Shown piece after piece: positions 57,918-64,000 of a DNA stretch of 64,000 nt; the stretch's first letter is position 1, and each line of letters begins with the position of its first letter. Source of the stretch: Candidatus Latescibacterota bacterium (GTDB taxonomy: Bacteria; Latescibacterota; UBA2968; GCA-2709665); NCBI GenBank assembly GCA_965208835.1, contig OZ242358.1, positions 576,001 to 640,000 on the forward strand, written 5' to 3'. Made by a program: the position numbers and the translations under genes. Under the pieces are notes generated by a model. That model saw only the letters and a list, made by a program, of their open reading frames with translations, had not been told where the DNA came from and ran no database searches.

Positions 57918-60353
57918 ATGATGCGTTCGAACCGTATAAACACCGTCCTGAAAGGGTGCGGTGGATGGGCGTTCGCAGCAGTCCTGGCGATATGCTGGTC
58001 CGGGCAGGTCTGGGGCCAGGCGAATCACCCGGGATCCGCCGGCAGAGCCGCCCTGGAACGCGGGATGCTGTACACCTCCGTGACCACTCTGGGCACGCAG
58101 GGAGGCTCCATCGGCGCGGCGCTCTCGCGGGCCTCCAGCATGGTGTACCCGGCCACGGTGGGCGGGGACATCATCACGGGCCAGGGCTGGGCGAGCCAGT
58201 TGCCCTTCTTCCGCGTCGACTGCAACAGCGAAGGGCGGATCGAGAGCACGTCGCACGGGGAGGGCATTGGCTTGGCCTTGCGCCTTCCATCCAGTTTCCA
58301 GGGCTCGAGAGCCTACGACAATTTCTCCAAGAACGGGTACTACGTGGTATTGACCGGCCCGCGGTCGGACATGCTGGACGAGATCGTGCCCATGGTGGGC
58401 GACCCTGCCATGGATGAGGAACTGCGGTACCTGGGCGGGGAGATCAGGACGCAGCCCTCCTCCGCCGAGAATCCGGGCCTGGACTGGCGTAAAGGCGCGC
58501 CGTGGTACTATGCGCCCACGTGGAGCGAGAACCTCGCGCAGATTCTGGAGAATGCGCCGCTGAACAGGTCCCCCGTGAGGATCAGCAACTGGTCGTGGGG
58601 GGAATACGCGACTCCGGGGCCTCCGGCCGCGCCGTCATCCCGTTCCGACGAGTGGCCCGAAGAGATTATCGTGACAAAGTGGACCACGCTTGCCGGCGTT
58701 ACCTTTACGCGGCGCACGATGGCCTGGAGCTATCCGGCGTGGGACGACTTCATCATCACCGAGATCGAATTCGAAAACACGGGCGACAGCGACGGAGACG
58801 GCGAGAGGGACCTGCCCGCGGAAAGCCTGGATGGCGTATTCGTTCCCATCATCGGCGCCTGGATGATCTCTGACTCGGGGCTGTCCCACTACAACCGGTC
58901 GGACAGTTGGCACTGGTACAACGTGGGCGGCCTCGACGACTGGATCGTCTATACCGAAAACGCCGGTTATTCCGGCCCGGCCAAGGGGCTGAAGATGATC
59001 GTTGACTGGGACGGCGACAGTCCGGAGTTCCCGTGGGACGATACCGGCGATCCCGTCAACAAGCTGATTATTTCGCCCTCCTGCGATACGGGCCGCAAGG
59101 ACGGCGAATTCACCTCCTACCAGTATATGGGCTTCGGTCCGCTGGCGTATGAGGACGGCGGGGACTGGGGATTCAATACCAGGGACGCGGGGAAGTATAT
59201 CCAGCCCCAGGGCGACCAGCCCCACGCCGTGCGCTTCTGGCGGATCGAAAGTACCACGGTGTCCGAAGACCCGCGGCCCGGCGCGCACGACCGGCAGACC
59301 ATGTTCAATATGATCGCGGATGCCGGGTATCAGGCGAATCCCGGCGAGATCGGCGTGTTCTACAGCGCCCAGACCTTCGGGCCGTATTCGCTTGGCCCCG
59401 GCGAAAAGGCCAAGCTGGTGGTGGCCTGGGTGGGTGGCTCGGGCGCCGGCGAGAGCGACCTCTACACCTGGACGCGGTCGCACCTGTACGACTTCGAGGG
59501 CCTGAAGAAGGGCGAGGAATGGATGGTGGAGTTCTTCAATCGCGCGAAGTGGGCCTATGATAACGAATACGACGTCCCCGATTCGCCGCCGGACGTGTAC
59601 GTGGACGTATCAAACAGCCCCGACGCGCAGAACCTGCTCACGTGGAACTCGGCGGACGGCGCGATGAATCCGGATTACATCGGCGCGGAGGCGCAAGACG
59701 TGGCCGGTTACCGCATCTACCGCTCCGAGTGGAACCCGGACGGGCCCTGGACGAGGATTGGCGAGGTTCCGGCCGGGACGCATACATATACGGACGTAGA
59801 GTCGGTAGCCGGATTCAACTACTGGTATTCGGTAAGGCCGTTCGCCAACGGCCACGAGGACTGGGTAGGCCGCGTGGGCACCATGGCCACGCTTCCCGCC
59901 CTGGTGCAGGCGCAGGTGAAGGCCGGCCTGGAAGGCGGCCAGTGGGCCAGGTCCCAGCGTAAACCGCCGTTCTTCAGCCCGAAGCAGCCCGCGGTTGGCG
60001 AAACCGAGGCGTTGGGCCGGGAGGTGTTCGTGGTGCCCAATCCGTTCCGGGTTGGCGACGCGAATCTGCAATACCCGGGCAAACCGCAGATCCGGTTCGT
60101 GAACGTGCCGAGCAAGGCCTGGATCTACGTGTTCAACAGCGCGGGCGACATGGTCGGAAAGATCCTTCACGACGACCGCACGGATGCGCCCAACGATCCG
60201 AACGTCTGGCTGGGCGAAGCGCAGTGGGACCAGCTGGCGATGTCGCTGGGCACCGGGTCGATCTCTGCAGGCGTCTACTTCTTCGTGGTGGAATCTCTCG
60301 TTTCCGAAAGTATGGGGAAGAAGCGGATAGGAAAGTTCATGGTCATCCGATAG
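57918..60353 (+). CDS. Secreted protein with Fn3-like domain and C-terminal VVPNPF sorting-type domain
   Basis: AGGAGG SD and signal peptide; LTW...GYRIYRS...YTD...YWYSV; C-terminal VVPNPF...IRF.N.P...IYVFNSAGD...WD...AGVYFFVV...GKFMVIR. Confidence 0.82.
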   Translation: MMRSNRINTVLKGCGGWAFAAVLAICWSGQVWGQANHPGSAGRAALERGMLYTSVTTLGTQGGSIGAALSRASSMVYPATVGGDIITGQGWASQLPFFRVDCNSEGRIESTSHGEGIGLALRLPSSFQGSRAYDNFSKNGYYVVLTGPRSDMLDEIVPMVGDPAMDEELRYLGGEIRTQPSSAENPGLDWRKGAPWYYAPTWSENLAQILENAPLNRSPVRISNWSWGEYATPGPPAAPSSRSDEWPEEIIVTKWTTLAGVTFTRRTMAWSYPAWDDFIITEIEFENTGDSDGDGERDLPAESLDGVFVPIIGAWMISDSGLSHYNRSDSWHWYNVGGLDDWIVYTENAGYSGPAKGLKMIVDWDGDSPEFPWDDTGDPVNKLIISPSCDTGRKDGEFTSYQYMGFGPLAYEDGGDWGFNTRDAGKYIQPQGDQPHAVRFWRIESTTVSEDPRPGAHDRQTMFNMIADAGYQANPGEIGVFYSAQTFGPYSLGPGEKAKLVVAWVGGSGAGESDLYTWTRSHLYDFEGLKKGEEWMVEFFNRAKWAYDNEYDVPDSPPDVYVDVSNSPDAQNLLTWNSADGAMNPDYIGAEAQDVAGYRIYRSEWNPDGPWTRIGEVPAGTHTYTDVESVAGFNYWYSVRPFANGHEDWVGRVGTMATLPALVQAQVKAGLEGGQWARSQRKPPFFSPKQPAVGETEALGREVFVVPNPFRVGDANLQYPGKPQIRFVNVPSKAWIYVFNSAGDMVGKILHDDRTDAPNDPNVWLGEAQWDQLAMSLGTGSISAGVYFFVVESLVSESMGKKRIGKFMVIR

Positions 60354-60390
60354 CCGGCGTGAGGCAATCCCGGGAAGGAGCGATAAGCTT

Positions 60391-61371
60391 ATGAAGCGGA
60401 TATTATGCGTGACACTGATGACCGTTCTCGCGGCCGGCGCAATGGGGAACTCGCCGGCGGAAGCGCGGGACGTGCCCGAAATCCTCAAGTCCGAGGATTT
60501 CCGGAAGCTGGGACTGGCGTCGTTTCCATGGATGAAGGTGACCCAGTCCCCGCGCGCGGCCGCCATGGGAGATGCGTTTACGGCCGTGTCGAACGACATC
60601 AACGCGATCTTTTCGAACCCGGCCGGCCTGGTCCACCTGGAGCGGTTCGGGTACCAGTTGACCCACACCAGGTGGCTGGTCGACACAGGGTTCTACAGCG
60701 GTGCCTTTGCCTACAGGACGGGCTGGGGTGTTCTGGGCGCCAGCGTTTTGAACTACGACGTGGGCGATATGCCGGTACGGACCATTTTCAACCCGGAGGG
60801 CACGGGAGAGATGATCAAGGGCGGCGGGACCTCCGTCGGCCTGGCCTATGCGTTTCACGCGACCGACAAGCTGGGTCTGGGCGTCCGGGTGGTGTATATT
60901 TCGGAGACCCTGCACGTGGACAACATGACCTCCCTGGTTCTGGACGCCGGAACCCACTTCTACACGGGTTTCCGGAGTTCCCGAATCGCCCTGGCCATGC
61001 GGAATTTCGGGCCGGATACCAAGGTGCTGGCGGAGGACCAGAAGTTCCTGATGCCGATGAATTTCGATATCGGCGTGGCCATGGAGCTCTTCGGTCAGAT
61101 GGACGAGCCGAATTACCTGACCGTCTCTTTCGCCAGTTCCTATCAGGTCGACTACGAACAGCGGTGGCAGATCGGCAGTGAGCTCTGGCTTTCCAGTGCG
61201 GTGGCCCTGCGCGCCGGTTACAAGTTCAACCACGACCTTGAAACTTACAGCTTCGGCGCGGGCTTCAAGGGCGACTGGGGCGACCGGACGGTGCTGGTGG
61301 ATGTCGCCTATACCAACGTCGGCGAGTTGCTGGATGCACCGATTCGGTTCAGCATTGGGGGCGCATTTTAG
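60391..61371 (+). CDS. PorV/PorQ (UPF0164)-family outer-membrane barrel
   Basis: SPRAAAMGDAFTAVSNDINAIFSNPAGL, HTRWL, RNFG, LRAGYKF, C-terminal F. Confidence 0.88.
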   Translation: MKRILCVTLMTVLAAGAMGNSPAEARDVPEILKSEDFRKLGLASFPWMKVTQSPRAAAMGDAFTAVSNDINAIFSNPAGLVHLERFGYQLTHTRWLVDTGFYSGAFAYRTGWGVLGASVLNYDVGDMPVRTIFNPEGTGEMIKGGGTSVGLAYAFHATDKLGLGVRVVYISETLHVDNMTSLVLDAGTHFYTGFRSSRIALAMRNFGPDTKVLAEDQKFLMPMNFDIGVAMELFGQMDEPNYLTVSFASSYQVDYEQRWQIGSELWLSSAVALRAGYKFNHDLETYSFGAGFKGDWGDRTVLVDVAYTNVGELLDAPIRFSIGGAF

Positions 61372-61422
61372 GTTCGTTTGCCGGGCGGTTCTTGTTGCGG
61401 GCCGCTCGACGTAAAAAGCGCT

Positions 61423-61481
61423 AACGGCGGCGCAATGTGTCTCCGGCCGGGTCGGCGGGAAGGGGCATTGGCCGCCGTTTT
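61423..61481 (+). terminator. Long hairpin with T-run after the porV-like gene
   Basis: AACGGCGGC-GCAATG...CATTG-GCCGCCGTT-TT. Confidence 0.5.
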
Positions 61482-61566
61482 GTTATCGGTGCACGGATCG
61501 CTAAGTGAAAGGATCCGGCATCAGCAGTCAAGAGCCGGGGGAGACGTCCCCGGTGCGAGGTGGTCC

Positions 61567-62454
61567 ATGCGTGCCATCGGACGTTGCTGTGTTTGTCTGA
61601 TCTGCTGGGGCGTTCTGGCTTGCGGCGGAGCGGACGAACCGCTCACCAGTCCCGTAGAGGAGTTCGATCCGAACCAGGATCGACCCCTTCCGGTGGGTCT
61701 GGTGCGGCTCTTCCGGGGTGTGGAAATGGTTCGGGTGCCCGCCGGCCATTTCACCATGGGCATGGAAAGAGGACCGGCGGACCAGCAGCCCGCGCGGCAG
61801 GTATACCTGAGCGCCTTCTACATTGACAGGTATGAAGTGACCAATGCGCAGTATTTCCAGTTCTGGGCCGCGCCGGACGGCGGCAACCGCGAAAGGTATA
61901 CCCCGGCCAGCCATGGATCCACTAACGGTATCGGTGACTGGCCCGCCCGGGTGGAGACCAGGCCGGATTTCCCGGCCGTGGGGATCAACTGGTTCGACGC
62001 GGCCGCCTACTGCGCCTGGCGCGGGGCCAGGCTGCCCACCGAAGCGGAATGGGAGAAGACGGCGCGCGGCGACGAAGCGAGGGAACCCTACCCCTGGAAC
62101 AAGGGGCTGAACGGTTCCCGGGCGAATTACAGGGACGGCGACGACGGATACGACAATACCCTGGCGCCGGTGGGGAACTACCCGGAGGGCGTCAGTTTTT
62201 ACGGGGCAATGGACCTGGTGGGAAACGTGTGGGAGTGGTGCGCGGACTACTACGACGCCGAGCATTACAAAGTGGCGGTAACCATCGGCCCCACGGGACC
62301 GGAGCAGGGTAAATTCCGCGTACTTCGGGGCGGCTCCTGGCGGACCGCCGCAGGACAGGATCCGAACAAGCTCAGCATCACCTATCGCAGCTGGTCGGAT
62401 CCCGCGGGAGCAACGGACGGATGGGGCGTCCGCTGCGCGAGGGACGTAAACTGA
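61567..62454 (+). CDS. FGE-sulfatase (SUMF1) fold lipoprotein
   Basis: Lipobox VLAC; FYIDRYEVTNAQY, RLPTEAEWEK, GNVWEW, VLRGGSW, GVRCA. Confidence 0.9.
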   Translation: MRAIGRCCVCLICWGVLACGGADEPLTSPVEEFDPNQDRPLPVGLVRLFRGVEMVRVPAGHFTMGMERGPADQQPARQVYLSAFYIDRYEVTNAQYFQFWAAPDGGNRERYTPASHGSTNGIGDWPARVETRPDFPAVGINWFDAAAYCAWRGARLPTEAEWEKTARGDEAREPYPWNKGLNGSRANYRDGDDGYDNTLAPVGNYPEGVSFYGAMDLVGNVWEWCADYYDAEHYKVAVTIGPTGPEQGKFRVLRGGSWRTAAGQDPNKLSITYRSWSDPAGATDGWGVRCARDVN

Positions 62455-62456
62455 GC

Positions 62457-63314
62457 ATGCGCCGGTGCAAGCGGTGGCTGGTTGCCTGGTATGGACTCCT
62501 GGTGAGCGCCGGGTGCAGCGGAGAGTCCCTCCTCGATGAACTGCCCGAGGGGGTCTTCCTGGACCGCACGCCGGCCGGTACCGTGGACACGATGCTGGTC
62601 GTAGACGCCGGCGATTTTCTGATGGGTACGAATCAGGGTTTCGACCCTGAAGGCCCTGCACACGTCGTCTATCTCAGCGCGTTTTATATTGACAAATACG
62701 AGGTGACCAACGCTCAGTTCCGTGCGTACGCGCGCGCGACGGGGGCTTCATTGCCGGCCGAAGCGGGGAATCCGCTATTTTCGAGAGACCGCCAGCCGGT
62801 CGTGGGGGCGACGTGGACGGAAGCGGACGCCTACTGCGGGTGGCGGGGCGGACGCCTGCCCACGGAGGCGCAGTGGGAAAAGGCCGCTCGGGGAACGGAC
62901 GGACGGACCTATCCGTGGGGTGAAGCAGCGCCCGGCGCGGACTACGCAGTCATGGATCTGGGCGGGACGTGCGGCCGCACAAACTGGGCGAATCCTTCCG
63001 CCGGTCCCGTGCCGGGGGAGTTCTGTCATACCCTGCCGGTGGGTTCCAGGCCCAGGGGCGCGAGCCCTTACGGGTTGCTGGACATGGCAGGCAACGCGTG
63101 GGAGTGGTGCAACGACTGGTACGACGACACGTACTACGGTCGCAGTCCACGGGAAGATCCATCCGGCCCTGCGACCGGGACGTTTCGCGTTGTAAGAGGC
63201 AGTTCATGGCACCACCTTCCCCATTACCTTAAAACCTCCGCCCGGTTCAGATTCTATCCCGACCAGAAGGGCAATTTCATCGGATTTCGCTGTGTGCGGG
63301 ACGTACTGCAATAG
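62457..63314 (+). CDS. FGE-sulfatase (SUMF1) fold lipoprotein
   Basis: Lipobox SAGC; FYIDKYEVTN, RLPTEAQWEKAARG, DMAGNAWEW, GFRCV. Confidence 0.9.
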   Translation: MRRCKRWLVAWYGLLVSAGCSGESLLDELPEGVFLDRTPAGTVDTMLVVDAGDFLMGTNQGFDPEGPAHVVYLSAFYIDKYEVTNAQFRAYARATGASLPAEAGNPLFSRDRQPVVGATWTEADAYCGWRGGRLPTEAQWEKAARGTDGRTYPWGEAAPGADYAVMDLGGTCGRTNWANPSAGPVPGEFCHTLPVGSRPRGASPYGLLDMAGNAWEWCNDWYDDTYYGRSPREDPSGPATGTFRVVRGSSWHHLPHYLKTSARFRFYPDQKGNFIGFRCVRDVLQ

Positions 63315-64000
63315 CCTGTGCGCCGGCACGCTGCGCCGCGCACTGCGGCAGGGGTTGCTGGCGGTCTGCGTTTCGTCAGCGCAACCTCTGGCGGCGAGCG
63401 TAGCCGGGTTCGCGCTCGAGGATAGCGTGGCTGCCCGTCTGCGCGACGTAACCGGTCTGGCCGCGCGGGAGTCGACGGGATTCGGGGCTGGAGGGACGAC
63501 CCGCGCATATCCAACGTTCGCCGAAGCCGCCAGATCCGTGGCCCGGAGACGAACCGGGAATGCACAGAGTTGGAGTCTCACCCAGGCGGAGATCGGTCTC
63601 GCGGTTGTACGCCTGCGCGAAGCCCTGGCCGCCGCTCCGGATTTCGCGGCGGCGCACTACCTGCTGGGCCTGGTGGAAGCGCGCCGGCGAAGGTACGGGG
63701 ACGCGCTGGCAGCCTATCGCCGGGCCGCACCTGCAGGGCTACCCTTTTCGGGCGATCCGATGAAGGCGCTGTTTTTAGGTGCGGTCGCCCGCTGCCAGGC
63801 CGCCGCGCAGCAGGTCGCGACGGGCACCCAGTTTCTGGACAGGGGAAAGGTCGACGAGGCGGGAGCGGCATATGCAGAGGCCGTCGCGCTGATGCCGGAC
63901 TACGCCGAGGCGCACGCGAATCTGGGCCTTGTCCATATGCTCCGCGGAGACCTGGACGGGGCCGTTTCCCGGCAGGTGGAGGCCATCCGGCTGGATCCGG
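63292..64000 (+). CDS. TPR-repeat protein (start uncertain; runs off window)
   Basis: Not in the ORF track. Frame +1 is open to the end: APDFAAAHYLLGLVEARRRRYGDALAAYRRA; PDYAEAHANLGLVHMLRGDLDGAVSRQVEAIRLDP. Confidence 0.82.
   Translation, partial: MCGTYCNSLCAGTLRRALRQGLLAVCVSSAQPLAASVAGFALEDSVAARLRDVTGLAARESTGFGAGGTTRAYPTFAEAARSVARRRTGNAQSWSLTQAEIGLAVVRLREALAAAPDFAAAHYLLGLVEARRRRYGDALAAYRRAAPAGLPFSGDPMKALFLGAVARCQAAAQQVATGTQFLDRGKVDEAGAAYAEAVALMPDYAEAHANLGLVHMLRGDLDGAVSRQVEAIRLDP

Noticed and set aside
31545-63314. Diversity-generating retroelement (Avd-like protein plus FGE-fold targets)
   Set aside because: No reverse transcriptase and no TR/VR pair differing at adenines was seen; the genes are 30 kb apart

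Overview
GC-rich bacterial window. The PorV-family gene and the PNPF/FlgD-type C-terminal sorting domains suggest a non-Bacteroidetes FCB-group organism such as Latescibacterota or Gemmatimonadota; this is inference only. Every credible gene from 1 to about 44 kb is on the minus strand. That part is a mosaic of small enzymes (methyltransferases, HADs, phosphoesterases, peptidases, AAC(3)/GNAT acetyltransferases, a CoA ligase and hydratase), three toxin-antitoxin loci (one decayed), a MITE, REP clusters, and a four-helix-bundle gene embedded in 45-bp tandem arrays. It also carries a two-gene phosphorelay in which a receiver domain is fused to an intact glutamate-dehydrogenase-type enzyme beside a hybrid Hpt kinase. 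After an AT-rich divergent region (C16 tract, two terminator-like hairpins) all genes are on the plus strand and encode envelope proteins: a 2483-aa protein with about 24 Fn3 repeats and a dockerin-like end, a cohesin-like plus sorting-domain partner, and a cluster of OMP barrel, TonB-dependent receptor, CTD-bearing secreted protein, PorV, two non-catalytic FGE-fold lipoproteins and a TPR protein. No rRNA, tRNA, CRISPR array or reverse transcriptase was seen. All family calls come from motif recognition by eye; no database searches were run.
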